Positions 1 through 10,973 of a DNA stretch of 64,000 bases are shown piece after piece (position 1 is the first letter of the stretch; the number at the start of each line of letters is the position of its first letter). The stretch is from the NCBI GenBank assembly GCA_038127535.1, contig JAYPHU010000004.1, positions 14,232 to 78,231 of the forward strand. Direction: 5' to 3'. Origin of the DNA: Rhodospirillaceae bacterium. Lineage in GTDB: Bacteria; Pseudomonadota; Alphaproteobacteria; Rhodospirillales; UBA2165. Position numbers and translations under genes: made by a program. The notes under the pieces were generated by a model, which saw only the letters and a program-made list of their open reading frames with translations, did not search any database and was not told where the DNA came from.

Positions 1-2500
1 TATGAATGCCCTCCCACGCCGGAATGTATTTGTTGAGCGGCGGGCGTTCCGGATCCTGACCGTAACGCTTGAGGCTGGAACTCTCGAACTCGATCTTGCC
101 CGACTGGGTCTGCAACCCTTCCAGGAAGTCTTCGCCGTAGGAGCCCGGCAGCGGCTGCGGTTCGGGCACGTCTTTCTTCCGGCCCTCCGCAAACCATCGG
201 TAGGAAACCGGCGGGCGGGTTTTCTCCGGCTCCGGCGGTACCACGAAATAGCCCTTTTTCAGGAACTTCTCCCAGCTGATGTGCTTGGGCAGATCGGACG
301 CGTCGAACACCCGCTTCACCCAGTCGAGCTCGGTTAGGCCTTCGTTAAAATACGCGCCATGTCCAAGGCGCTTGCACACTTCGTGGAAGATCTGGAAGTC
401 GGACTTGGACTCGCCCAGCGGTTCGTGCGCCGGATGCTGAATGCCGATCACCCGGTGGTTCAATTGCCCCACCCAGTCGTAGCCGTAGCCGCCGGGATTG
501 GCCCATTCGCCGATATCCCAGCGCTCGAAATTGGTGCAGGCCGGCAGGATCACGTCGGCGAACTGCACTTCGCCCTCGTCCCAAATGGCCTGCGCGACCA
601 CGAACTCGAGATTTTCCGATTGGTACATTTTGACGTAGCGGTTGCTGTCCGGCTGGGTGCCGATATAGCTGCTGCCGTACTTGTACATCATCTTAATCTC
701 GGAATGGCCCGGCGCCGGATAGCGGACCGGGAAGAACTGCCCCTCGATCGAACGAATATCGATGGGATAACCCTCGGCCTCCCCGTCCATGATGGCTTCC
801 GCCATCTTGAGGCGCGGCACCGCCTGCAGGTTCGGGTTCATGCTGATCAGGTGCGGCATGCGCTGATAGAGATTGATCGCATTGGCGGAGTTCTGCAGAT
901 CGCCGGAGAACCCACCTTCCGCATAGCCGGGGAAGAAGAAGTTGTAATCAATCGGCGCACCGAACTGCAGATTACCGAAGTTAATCCCTTCCTTGCCCAG
1001 GCCCTGCATTGCCAAGAGGCAAATCATCGACCGGGCCCATTGCGCGCCGGTGGCGGACCGGCACGCGCCGCCAAGCGTCGTGCCCATACTGCCCGCGCCC
1101 AAGTAGGTTTTCTTCGTACCCCATTTACGAGCCAGCGCCCGGATATCGCGGGCCGGCACGCCGGTTTCCTCCGCCGCCCATTCCGGCGTGCGGGCCACAC
1201 CCTCTTCGTCTTCGCCCAGGATATATTCTTTCCACTTGTCAAAGCCGGTGGTCCGGGTCTCCACATACTCTTTGTCGTAGAGGTTCTCGGTGATCCAGAC
1301 GTAGGTGATCGCTTGAGCCAGCGCCGGGCTCGTCGATGGCCGGGGCGCCATCCACTTACCGCCCAGGAACGCCGCCGTCTCGTTCAAGTACGGATCAATG
1401 TGGATCATTTCGATCCCCAGCTCCTGCGCCCATTGCCGGCGGATTGTGCCCTCGAAGGAGCCATAGACGCCGTTGGTCACCTCCGGATCACTAGCCCAGA
1501 ACACGATCAGCTCGGCTTCCTGCAAACAGTCTTCCACCTGGCCGTAAATTTCCGCCGCGCCGTTGCGCATGGAATGGCCGTAGTGATGCATGGCGCCCCA
1601 GTACCAGCCTTCCCAGCTATCGGGATTCAGCATGGTCTGCGAGGCGCCGATGATATTGGTGAAGCGGTTATAGGCACTGATGTAATAGCCCACATTGCCC
1701 CAGGTATGGTGAGACGAGCGCGCTGCCAGGATCGCACCGGGACCATAAGTCCGATTGACCCGTTTGATCTCCGCCTCGACGATGTCCAGTGCTTTTTCCC
1801 AGGAAATCCGTTCGTAGCCGGACGTCCCCCGGTTTTGCGGATTGCGTTCCCCGTTCGGATCGAAATCCACTCGCTTCATCGGATAAAGATTACGCTTGCT
1901 GGAATAGACCAAGGATTTGGACGCCAGCCCGTGGGGTGAAATCGTGGTCTTGCGGGGCGGGGTGAATTTCTTGCCCCGGGCTTCGATGGTCCACGTGCCC
2001 GGATCGTCATCATCGAAGTCGATGGGCGTCATGCGGACGATTTTGCCGTCCTTCACATAGACAAAGACCGGTCCGCCGTTGGTGTTGTTGGCATAGCGGA
2101 CTTCGCCGTTGCCCACATCGGTGCCCCAGGACCAGCTCATCCGGCGGGACATGTGCACCGTCTCGGTGAACCAGCCGGTCAGATCGTCCGGCCCCATCAT
2201 CAGGATGTTGAAATTCTTGATGGCGTCGATCTGCGCCTGATAATCCAGCTTGGGCTTCAACAATTGGAGGGCTATGAACTCGTTCTTGAACGAGATCAGC
2301 ATGTCCGCATCGGGATTTACGCCCGATGTAGAGGTGACTTTGCCGTCCTGAAACTTGAAACAACGACCGATGGAGTCATCCGCCAGTTTAAACTGAACGG
2401 TAAAATTCCGTTCTTTAAGGCGCTCGGCAAACTTCGGATACCGCCACGCCGTGATCCGGAAAACCCATTGAAGCGCATAAAGAATAAATGAAAGCCGCAT
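1..2500 (-). CDS. Mo-bisPGD oxidoreductase large subunit, pyrogallol-phloroglucinol transhydroxylase (AthL)/resorcinol hydroxylase-like; 3' end lies beyond the window
   Basis: Hand translation from ATG at 2500 ([12 protein letters not shown]...), open to the left edge. Motifs [70 protein letters not shown] and [16 protein letters not shown] match the AthL family. Missing from the ORF track because there is no stop codon in the window. Confidence 0.9.
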   Translation of the reverse strand, partial: MRLSFILYALQWVFRITAWRYPKFAERLKERNFTVQFKLADDSIGRCFKFQDGKVTSTSGVNPDADMLISFKNEFIALQLLKPKLDYQAQIDAIKNFNILMMGPDDLTGWFTETVHMSRRMSWSWGTDVGNGEVRYANNTNGGPVFVYVKDGKIVRMTPIDFDDDDPGTWTIEARGKKFTPPRKTTISPHGLASKSLVYSSKRNLYPMKRVDFDPNGERNPQNRGTSGYERISWEKALDIVEAEIKRVNRTYGPGAILAARSSHHTWGNVGYYISAYNRFTNIIGASQTMLNPDSWEGWYWGAMHHYGHSMRNGAAEIYGQVEDCLQEAELIVFWASDPEVTNGVYGSFEGTIRRQWAQELGIEMIHIDPYLNETAAFLGGKWMAPRPSTSPALAQAITYVWITENLYDKEYVETRTTGFDKWKEYILGEDEEGVARTPEWAAEETGVPARDIRALARKWGTKKTYLGAGSMGTTLGGACRSATGAQWARSMICLLAMQGLGKEGINFGNLQFGAPIDYNFFFPGYAEGGFSGDLQNSANAINLYQRMPHLISMNPNLQAVPRLKMAEAIMDGEAEGYPIDIRSIEGQFFPVRYPAPGHSEIKMMYKYGSSYIGTQPDSNRYVKMYQSENLEFVVAQAIWDEGEVQFADVILPACTNFERWDIGEWANPGGYGYDWVGQLNHRVIGIQHPAHEPLGESKSDFQIFHEVCKRLGHGAYFNEGLTELDWVKRVFDASDLPKHISWEKFLKKGYFVVPPEPEKTRPPVSYRWFAEGRKKDVPEPQPLPGSYGEDFLEGLQTQSGKIEFESSSLKRYGQDPERPPLNKYIPAWEGIH

Positions 2501-2610
2501 GATAACCGACCCACTCTAAATTCATTAACTTATCCCATTGTCATATCACCCCGGCTTCCATCCGTCGACGCCGGGCAAAAAAATTTCCGGCTAGCGGAAA
2601 CGGCGGGCGT

Positions 2611-2997
2611 TTAGATTTCCCCCATTTCCGTCAACACCTCGTTGGCCCAGCTAAAGGCCGAGACGGCCGCCGGAATGCCGGCATAAACCGAGGCATGGAT
2701 GATGACTTCTTTGATGTCGTCCGGGGTCAGACCGTTGTTGATCGCGCCTTTGACATGCAGCTTGAACTCGTCCACCCGATTGAGGGCGATCAGGATCGAC
2801 AGCGTCAGTCGGCTCCGCATTTGTTTGTCCAAATTGGGCCGGGTCCAGACATCGCCCCAAGCGAACTTGGTCATGATATCCAGGAAGTCTTCGTTGAAGG
2901 CGTTCCGGTTTTTGTCCGACCGGTCCACATGGGCGTCGCCCAAAACTTCACGCCGCCGCGCCCGTCCGGCCTCCAGACTGTCTTTTTTATCGGTCAT
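2611..2997 (-). CDS. pcaC: 4-carboxymuconolactone decarboxylase
   Basis: G..RRREVLGDAHVDRS, AWGDVWTRPNL..MRS.LT, LHVKGAINNG, YAGIPAA; RBS AGGGAG. Confidence 0.85.
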   Translation of the reverse strand: MTDKKDSLEAGRARRREVLGDAHVDRSDKNRNAFNEDFLDIMTKFAWGDVWTRPNLDKQMRSRLTLSILIALNRVDEFKLHVKGAINNGLTPDDIKEVIIHASVYAGIPAAVSAFSWANEVLTEMGEI

Positions 2998-3157
2998 GGT
3001 TTACTCCCTTTTTGGTTGGGGCAATTGTCGAGTATAGGAGCGAATGCGGCAACCGGCTTGTGAGCTATGAAGCCCCCCTATTTCGGAGGAGATCGAGAAA
3101 CGCTATGCGTTTCGACGGTGGAGGTGGTGCTCGGATTTCTTTGGCCCATCCTAATTT

Positions 3158-3252
3158 GCGTCGCCCCCGAGTTGGCGTAAGCCAATTCTCGGGGGTCCAT
3201 TCAACGGCAGCTATGGTCTCCCGACAACTACTGCGCAGATCGGGGGTGACGC
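3158..3252. repeat. RIME/REP-like intergenic palindromic element
   Basis: Terminal inverted repeat GCGTCGCCCCCGA / TCGGGGGTGACGC, with an internal hairpin CCCCCGAG-TTGGC-GTAA-GCCAA-TT-CTCGGGGG. Confidence 0.6.
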
Positions 3253-3326
3253 TGGAATAGTATCCGTGGTCTGAGGCGAAAGCGCCTGATCTGGATGCCT
3301 TTTTGGTTGATTAGATGGGTCCACGG

Positions 3327-3367
3327 GTCATGCCCGGGTCAAGTCCGCGTGCAGGCTCGGGTATGAC
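3327..3367. repeat. REP-like palindrome (GTCATGCCCGGG...CTCGGGTATGAC)
   Basis: Imperfect inverted repeat resembling the GTCATGCCCGGG-TCAAG-CCCGGGCATGAC elements common in alphaproteobacteria (recalled). Confidence 0.55.
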
Positions 3368-3432
3368 GCATAAAAAAAATAGAGGTGGCCGTAACTACCT
3401 CTATTTTCAGCATCTAATTCTAAAATCGTGCG

Positions 3433-4383
3433 TCACCCCTGCGCGTTCATTTGGACTTCAAGGTCGTGGAGCGTTTTGTAGCAGTCCAGCACGTTAGCCA
3501 CGCTGGAGTTCGGCTCGCGGCCCTCGTCGATGGCGGCAAAGAACTCTCGATCCTGCAGTTCAATCCCGTCCATGGAAACATCGACGTTGGACACATCAAT
3601 GGGTTCGTCCTTGCCGTCCACTAAGTCGTCGTACAGCGCCTTGTAGGTGCCATTGTCGCAGATATAGCGGAAGAAAGACCCGATCGGCCCGTCATTATTG
3701 AACGACAGTGACAGGGTGCAAATCTTGCCAGACTCCGTCTTCAATTGGATCGACATATCCATGGCGATGCCCAGCTCAGGGTGCATCGGGCCCTGGACCG
3801 CCTGGGCGACCACGATGGGCTCGCCGCACTGATATCGGAATAGATCGACCGAGTGCGCCGCATGGTGCCAGAGCAGGTGATCGGTCCAGGACCGGGGGCC
3901 GCCGGCCGCGTTGATGTTCTTGCGGCGGAAGAAATAGGTCTGGATATCCATCTGTTGGATGTTCAGCTCACCCGCCTGAATCTTGTTGTGCACCCATTGG
4001 TGAGAAGGGTTGTAGCGTCGCGTGTGGCCAACCATGCAGGTCAGGCCGGTTTCCTGCTGCTTCTTGAGCACGGCTTCGGAGTCCGCCCAGCTATCGGCAA
4101 GCGGTATCTCCACTTCCACGTGCTTGCCGGCGTCCATACAGGCGATGGCCTGTTCGGAGTGCATCTGGGTTGGCGTACACAGGATCACCGCATCCACGCC
4201 CGGCTGGGCGATGGACTCGGCCAGGTCCGTGGTGACATGGCCGATGCCATACTTGTCGGCGATTTCCTGGCTCTGCTCCAATCGGCGGCCGCAGATCGAG
4301 ACGCATTCGACCCCGTCAATCCGGGCGATGCCGTCCAAGTGTTTCTGGCCAAACGCGCCGCCACCGGCGAGTGCTACTTTCAT
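3433..4383 (-). CDS. ligC: 4-carboxy-2-hydroxymuconate-6-semialdehyde dehydrogenase (Gfo/Idh/MocA)
   Basis: GAFGQKHLD, LCTPTQMH, VEIPLADS, GHTRRYNPSHQ, RSWTDHLLWHHAAH; directly downstream of ligAB. Confidence 0.93.
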   Translation of the reverse strand: MKVALAGGGAFGQKHLDGIARIDGVECVSICGRRLEQSQEIADKYGIGHVTTDLAESIAQPGVDAVILCTPTQMHSEQAIACMDAGKHVEVEIPLADSWADSEAVLKKQQETGLTCMVGHTRRYNPSHQWVHNKIQAGELNIQQMDIQTYFFRRKNINAAGGPRSWTDHLLWHHAAHSVDLFRYQCGEPIVVAQAVQGPMHPELGIAMDMSIQLKTESGKICTLSLSFNNDGPIGSFFRYICDNGTYKALYDDLVDGKDEPIDVSNVDVSMDGIELQDREFFAAIDEGREPNSSVANVLDCYKTLHDLEVQMNAQG

Positions 4384-4417
4384 GACTAATCTCCCCTCGT
4401 CTTTTCTCAGCGCTCTA

Positions 4418-5648
<1,231 letters not shown>

Positions 5649-5658
5649 TGCGTCCTCC

Positions 5659-6546
5659 TTAATCGTCCCAGTAGAGCCGCATGGGATTATCCACCAGCAG
5701 CCGCTGCTGTTGCGCCGCCTCGGGCGCGATCCGCGGAATATAGTCGACCAGCAGGCCGTCATCGGGTATGTGGGATTTCATGTTCGGGTGCGGCCAGTCG
5801 GTGCCCCAGATGGTGCGGTCGGGGAATTCCGCGACCAGCCGGCTGCTGAACGCCACCACATCATCATAGGGCGCCCCCGCCTTAGTCAGCCGTTCCGGGC
5901 AGGTCACCTTGGACCAGAAATTCTCGTTTTCCCGGAGCAGCTTGATGAATAGCTCGAACTCCGGCCCGTCCACCGGCTTGGTGACGTCCGGCCGCCCCAT
6001 ATGATCCACAACCACCGTGGTCGGCAGAGAGGTAAAGAAGTCATAAAGCTCCGGCAGTTCGGGGGCTTCGAAGTAAATCACGATATGCCAGCCCAGCGGC
6101 TTGATCCGCTCGGCAATGTTTCTCAGCGGTTCGCGCGGCAAGGAATCCACTAGCCGCTTGACGAAATTAAAGCGCACGCCGCGCACACCGGCCTCGTGCA
6201 GTTCCTGCAAACCCTCGTCGGTGATGCTTTCCTTTACCGTGGCGACACCCCGGGCCATGCCGTCCGACGCGTTCATGGCGTCGACCAGCGCCCGGTTGTC
6301 ATCGCCATGACAAGTCGCCTGAACGATTACGTTGCGGCTCAACCCCAAATAATCGCGGAGCTCGAATAGCTTTTCCTTCGGCGCATCGCATGGGGTGTAC
6401 TTCCGCTCCAGCGAATACGGGAAGACATCGCCGGGTCCAAACACATGACAGTGGCTGTCCACCGCGCCTGCCGGCGGGACATATTTGGGTTTGGACGGAT
6501 TGGGGTGGAACTCCAACCAATCTGGGTCCATTTGAAAGTCACTCAT
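5659..6546 (-). CDS. ligI: 2-pyrone-4,6-dicarboxylate lactonase
   Basis: DSHCHVFGP, RKYTPCDA, VQATCHG.DN, RGVRFNFVKRL, DHMGRP, WGTDWPHPN. Confidence 0.92.
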   Translation of the reverse strand: MSDFQMDPDWLEFHPNPSKPKYVPPAGAVDSHCHVFGPGDVFPYSLERKYTPCDAPKEKLFELRDYLGLSRNVIVQATCHGDDNRALVDAMNASDGMARGVATVKESITDEGLQELHEAGVRGVRFNFVKRLVDSLPREPLRNIAERIKPLGWHIVIYFEAPELPELYDFFTSLPTTVVVDHMGRPDVTKPVDGPEFELFIKLLRENENFWSKVTCPERLTKAGAPYDDVVAFSSRLVAEFPDRTIWGTDWPHPNMKSHIPDDGLLVDYIPRIAPEAAQQQRLLVDNPMRLYWDD

Positions 6547-6639
6547 GGTCAACTTTTCCTCCGCTGCCGGGATTTTAGACCCTGGATAAGGATTCGCAAT
6601 CAGCTATTCCGGCAGCTTTTTGTCGAGCTCATGTAAATA

Positions 6640-6657
6640 TACTCAGTATACTGAGTA
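6640..6657. promoter_or_regulatory. Perfect 18-bp palindrome TACTCAGTATACTGAGTA; probable operator of the lig operon
   Basis: Perfect inverted repeat about 95 bp upstream of ligI, in the divergent intergenic region. Confidence 0.7.
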
Positions 6658-6783
6658 AATCAAGTGGCCGGCTAGACTCCTCGTGAAATAGCGCAATTGA
6701 CGGAAATATTTCGCGCTCGGTAGTTTACCTGCGGCCCTCACCTGGTAAGGTTCAGTCTTCACATTCAACCATGGAGTTCTCCA

Positions 6784-7653
6784 ATGTTGAAAACATTCTT
6801 CAAGAGCGTTTCAGCCTCTGCATTTATGCTCATCGTCTTTTCCACGGCGGTGATGGCGGAAACGTTCGTCTTTACGGCGATCCCCGATCAGGACGAAACC
6901 AAGCTGAAAGCACGGTTCACCAAGATCGCAACCTACCTATCAAAAGAATTGGGCATCGACGTCAAATATATCCCTGTTAAGTCTTACTCGGCGGCCGTGA
7001 CCGCCTTCCGCAACAATCAAGTTCAGCTTGCCTGGTTCGGCGGACTGTCGGGCGTCCGCGCCCGCCATTTGGTGAAGGATTCACGGGCGATTGCTCAAGG
7101 CTTCGAAGACCCCAACTTCCAAACCTATTTCATTGCCCATGTCAGCACAGGCTTGAAAAAGTCAGCCAATCTCCCGACAGAGATTGCCGGCAAGACTTTC
7201 ACCTTCGGCTCCAAGGGCTCTACCTCGGGCCGGTTGATGCCGGAGTACCATGTCCGCCGGGTCTTCAATAAAACCCCGGACAAGGTTTTCAGCCGGGTCG
7301 GATATAGCGGCAATCATTCCAAAACCATCGCTTTGGTTCAGTCGGGCGCCTTCCAGGTTGGGGCCACGAACTACAAAGTCTGGAAGCGTGAACTCGCCGC
7401 GGGCAACATCGACACCAGCAAAGTCCAAGTCATCTGGGAAACCCCCGGTTATCCGGACTATAACTGGAGCATCCGGGGCGACGTGAACGCCAAGTTTGGC
7501 GCCGGTTTCTCTGACAAAGTCCAAAGCGCGTTGATCAACATGAAAGACCCTGATCTGTTGGCGGCGTTTCCCCGGAAATCGTTCATCAAAGCGACGAACA
7601 AGGATTTCCAACCGGTCCTGGATCTCGGGAAAGAGGTCGGCTTGATCGAGTAG
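6784..7653 (+). CDS. Putative selenate ABC transporter substrate-binding protein (PhnD fold)
   Basis: Signal peptide; FTAIPDQD, YSAAVTAFRNNQVQLAWFGGLSGV.AR, FTFGSKGSTSGRLMP, SGNHSKT, TPGYPDYNW are typical of the selenium-associated PhnD-like family; adjacent to senB/senA. Confidence 0.85.
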   Translation: MLKTFFKSVSASAFMLIVFSTAVMAETFVFTAIPDQDETKLKARFTKIATYLSKELGIDVKYIPVKSYSAAVTAFRNNQVQLAWFGGLSGVRARHLVKDSRAIAQGFEDPNFQTYFIAHVSTGLKKSANLPTEIAGKTFTFGSKGSTSGRLMPEYHVRRVFNKTPDKVFSRVGYSGNHSKTIALVQSGAFQVGATNYKVWKRELAAGNIDTSKVQVIWETPGYPDYNWSIRGDVNAKFGAGFSDKVQSALINMKDPDLLAAFPRKSFIKATNKDFQPVLDLGKEVGLIE

Positions 7654-7695
7654 TTTCGGGCCAACACCAACACCAGCCACGAACTGAGCCGTGAC

Positions 7696-8352
7696 ATGAC
7701 ACTGTTTGCCTTGGACAAGGCGACTGTTCGCTATGGCGAGCAGACGGTGCTGAGCGAAATTTCGCTCAGCATCGAACGGGGTGAGAAAATTTCCCTGATC
7801 GGCCAAAGCGGCGCCGGCAAGTCCACCCTCCTCACCCAACTGTATGAAAGCACCGATGCAGACATAGCCATTGTGCCGCAGGAACTCGGCCTCGTGCGCA
7901 CGCTCTCGGTCTTTCACAATGTCTATATGGGCCGGCTGCACCGCTACTCGACCTGCTACAATCTGATCAATCTGATCAAACCGCTGCAGGCGGAAAAGGA
8001 TCAGATCATTCCGATCCTGGAACAACTCGGCATGGAAGAGAAACTCTTCGCGCCGGTACACGAGCTCTCCGGCGGGCAGCAGCAGCGCACGGCAATCGGC
8101 CGCGCCATCTTTAAGGACAGCGCCACATTTTTCGGGGATGAGCCGGTCTCCGCCCTGGACGAGCACCAATCCCATATTGTCATGCAGGCCATCGTTGCCA
8201 ACCACGACACGGTTGTGCTGTCCATGCACGACGTGTCTCTGGCGCTGGAATATTCCGATCGGATCATCGGCCTGAAGGACGGCCAAAAGGTCATGGACCA
8301 ACCGACCAGCGGCATGAAAGCGTCTGACCTTGACGGCATCTATCGACAATAG
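7696..8352 (+). CDS. ABC transporter ATP-binding protein (PhnC-like)
   Basis: Walker A GQSGAGKST, signature LSGGQQQR, DEPVSALD, H-loop SMHD. Confidence 0.9.
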   Translation: MTLFALDKATVRYGEQTVLSEISLSIERGEKISLIGQSGAGKSTLLTQLYESTDADIAIVPQELGLVRTLSVFHNVYMGRLHRYSTCYNLINLIKPLQAEKDQIIPILEQLGMEEKLFAPVHELSGGQQQRTAIGRAIFKDSATFFGDEPVSALDEHQSHIVMQAIVANHDTVVLSMHDVSLALEYSDRIIGLKDGQKVMDQPTSGMKASDLDGIYRQ

Positions 8353-9856
8353 CGCGGCCTATCTGACGCCAACGCCCCGGCCGCTGTTGCGCGCCACCGG
8401 CGGATTTGTCGCCGTCGCCATCATCTTCCTGAATTTCGCCGATATCGAGATCACCACTTTGGACCCGTGGACCGAAGTTGGCAAAATGTTGATGGGCGTC
8501 GCCACCCCCGACTTCTTCGGCACGGGCGAACTTTGGACGGCCATCGTCAACACTCTCGCGTTCGCCATTCTGGGCGTGGCCCTCGGCAATTTCTGGGGCT
8601 TCCTGCTGGCCCTCGTGTTTCATTTCCGGATTGTGCGGCTGTTCTGTGCCTTCATCCGCTCCGTCCACGAGCTATTCTGGGCGTTGATCTTCCTGCAGAT
8701 GTTCGGGCTCACGGCGGTCACGGGCATTCTGGCGCTCGCCATCCCCTACGCCGGCATCTTCGCCAAAGTCTACGCCGAGATTCTGGAAGAGGCCGACCCG
8801 GAACCCTTGAAAACGTTGCCCCGCGGCACCACCAACTTTTCGGCCTTCTTGTTCGCCAAGCTGCCCGACGCCTGGGTGCATTTCCGCACCTATTCCCTCT
8901 ACCGTTTGGAATGCGGACTGCGCTCCAGTGCGGTGCTGGGATTCGTCGGCCTACCGACATTGGGATTTCACTTAGAGACAGTGTTCTCCGAAGGCCTCTA
9001 TTCCCAAGCGGCGGCGCTATTGATCCTGTTCTACATTATCATCGCGACCATCCGGAAATGGGTGCACACAAAGTTGGTGCCGCTCTATATCTTGATCGCC
9101 TTGATCGTCATCCCCTGGGGCCTGTCGGACATCAACATGACCAATCTGGTCCGGTTCCTCACCTCCGACATTCTGCCCCACCCGATTAGGACAGCCGAGG
9201 TCATCACGGTAGACACCTGGGCCGCCACTTGGGCCTGGTTCGTGAAAGTGTGTAACGACCAAGCCGTGCCGGGCATTATCGCGACGGTAATCCTGACCCA
9301 GATCGCCCTGGTCGGCGCGGGCGCGCTGACGCTTCTGTTCTATCCGTTGATCTCTCCCCTCTTCTTCCGGATCTTCGGCCGGACCATCGGCCATGTGTTT
9401 CTGGTGATCAGCCGCTCCACCCCGGAATACATTTTGGCGCTGATTTTCCTATTGCTCTGGGGGCCGTCCATGCTGCCGGCAATCCTGGCCCTGGCATTGC
9501 ACAATGGGGCGATCATTGGCCATCTGATGGGCCGGCATACGGAAGCGCTGCAGGTCCGGCCCGACAGACCGGCGGGGCTTAATCTATACGCCTATGAGAT
9601 CACGCCCCGCATCTATCCCCAGTTCCTGGCGTTTCTGTTTTACCGCTGGGAGATTATCATGCGGGAGACAGCGATCCTCGGCATTCTCGGGATCGCAACA
9701 CTCGGCTTCTACATCGACAGCGCCTTCGCCGATCTCCGCTATGATCGAGCCTTGGTGTTGATCCTGATCACGGCGTTGATGAATATCGGCATCGATGTCG
9801 CGTCCCGAACGATCCGCGCCCGGCTTCGGCTGCAGACGCGGGCCGATGTGGTGTGA
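8330..9856 (+). CDS. ABC transporter permease, double PhnE/PtxC domain
   Basis: Two repeats of the PhnE core (RSVHELFWAL...YRLECGLRSSAVLGFVG; RSTPEYILAL...YRWEIIMRETAILGILG); many TM segments. Confidence 0.88.
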   Translation: MTASIDNSAAYLTPTPRPLLRATGGFVAVAIIFLNFADIEITTLDPWTEVGKMLMGVATPDFFGTGELWTAIVNTLAFAILGVALGNFWGFLLALVFHFRIVRLFCAFIRSVHELFWALIFLQMFGLTAVTGILALAIPYAGIFAKVYAEILEEADPEPLKTLPRGTTNFSAFLFAKLPDAWVHFRTYSLYRLECGLRSSAVLGFVGLPTLGFHLETVFSEGLYSQAAALLILFYIIIATIRKWVHTKLVPLYILIALIVIPWGLSDINMTNLVRFLTSDILPHPIRTAEVITVDTWAATWAWFVKVCNDQAVPGIIATVILTQIALVGAGALTLLFYPLISPLFFRIFGRTIGHVFLVISRSTPEYILALIFLLLWGPSMLPAILALALHNGAIIGHLMGRHTEALQVRPDRPAGLNLYAYEITPRIYPQFLAFLFYRWEIIMRETAILGILGIATLGFYIDSAFADLRYDRALVLILITALMNIGIDVASRTIRARLRLQTRADVV

Positions 9857-9874
9857 CGCACGCTGGATGTGAGC

Positions 9875-9971
9875 CACCCTCCCCCGTGCATTGCGCGACC
9901 CCTCCCACGAGGGGAGGGGTGATCCGTTCTAATCCCCCCTCCCCTGGTGGGAGGAGGTCAGGGGGAGGGGG
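9875..9971. repeat. REP-like palindromic element between convergent permease and senB, overlapping the senB stop
   Basis: Hairpins ACCCCTCCC-ACGA-GGGGAGGGGT and CCCCCCTCCCCTGGTGGGAGGAGGTCAGGGGGAGGGGG. Confidence 0.65.
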
Positions 9972-10917
9972 AAAGCTCAACCAACGTCCCCAACGCCGCC
10001 TGTTCAGTCTCCGGCAGGAATAAATCCCGCCGGGCCGCGCATTGCTCTTCCAGCGTCTTCAGAAACGCCGGATCGTTCTCCGCGCGCAACAGCAATTTCC
10101 GCAGCTCCGCTTCGTCGCCCACGGGGAAGTATCCCCTATAGCCTTTGCCCAACAGACCGACATTTCCGTCAATCTTTGACGCGATCACCGGCAGGCCGGC
10201 GACGATAGCTTCCGACACCACGTTCGCGCCGCCTTCCGCTAGGGACGAAATGACCATGAGGTGTGAACGGGCGAATTCTTGGCGCACCCGCCAGCCGGGC
10301 ACTTCCCCTATCCAGTTGTAGCGGAGATTCCGTTTCATCTCCGCCAGTGCCTGTTTGTCGAAGCCTTTCTCCTCCGCCCCGCCCAAATGCCGCACGCGTA
10401 TGCGCGAGGTTTCCGGCAGGTCGCGGACGGCGAGCGCCGACCGGAACGGGTCCTTCACACTGCGCAGATGACCGATGACGCAGACATTGAAATGGCGTTC
10501 CGGTGGTTGTCTCGGTGACGGCAGTGGCTTGGCAGACTGATGAATGATCCGAATCTTGCGCCTGAGATGTCTCGGCGTCAGAGATTTCACCGTCTCGTTC
10601 AGTCCGATGAGGACATCCGCCAACTCCATGGACCGGAGAGTGATTTCGGGATGGGTCTGGATGAATTGATTGATGTCCGTGCCGGCTAGGCACAGGATCA
10701 ACGGCCGGTAAGGAGACAGCTTCTTGAAACGGACCACAGCCTCGGCCGAACGCCACGCATGGATGGCGATCATTAGGTCAGCGGCACGACCGTCATAAGT
10801 GCTCTGCGTGGTTACCTGGTGGCCAAGATTGCCGAGCAGTTTTGCCCAGCGGGCGGCCGTGGTCCCGTTTCCCGACTTGGCCCCCTTGTCAGCGGGCGTT
10901 ATTTGAATAATGTGCAA
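9958..10917 (-). CDS. senB: Selenoneine biosynthesis selenosugar synthase (GT-B glycosyltransferase)
   Basis: ITPA...SGNGTTAARWA, IAIHAWRSA, LAGTD, IHQSA, IGHLRSVKDP, SSLAEGGANVVSEA, IDGNVGLLG.GY.GYFPVGD. Start uncertain (TTG 10917 or ATG 10953). Confidence 0.88.
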   Translation of the reverse strand: MHIIQITPADKGAKSGNGTTAARWAKLLGNLGHQVTTQSTYDGRAADLMIAIHAWRSAEAVVRFKKLSPYRPLILCLAGTDINQFIQTHPEITLRSMELADVLIGLNETVKSLTPRHLRRKIRIIHQSAKPLPSPRQPPERHFNVCVIGHLRSVKDPFRSALAVRDLPETSRIRVRHLGGAEEKGFDKQALAEMKRNLRYNWIGEVPGWRVRQEFARSHLMVISSLAEGGANVVSEAIVAGLPVIASKIDGNVGLLGKGYRGYFPVGDEAELRKLLLRAENDPAFLKTLEEQCAARRDLFLPETEQAALGTLVELSPSP

Positions 10918-10973
10918 CAGGCTGGTTCCGGATAAATAGTCGCGCCGGCTCATTTGAACCAAGGATAGTCTAC

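Noticed and set aside
359-1939. 526-aa plus-strand ORF
   Set aside because: It is the exact antisense shadow of the AthL-like gene and has no recognisable motifs.
3158-3367. tRNA or CRISPR array
   Set aside because: No cloverleaf or T-loop consensus, and no regularly spaced direct repeats.
6784-9856. Phosphonate/phosphite transporter phnCDE/ptxABC
   Set aside because: No C-P lyase genes or adjacent ptxD. The binding-protein motifs and the senAB neighbourhood favour the selenium-associated family.
9958-9960. Selenocysteine read-through of the senB TGA
   Set aside because: It lies at the expected family C-terminus, and the downstream frame is repeat-derived.
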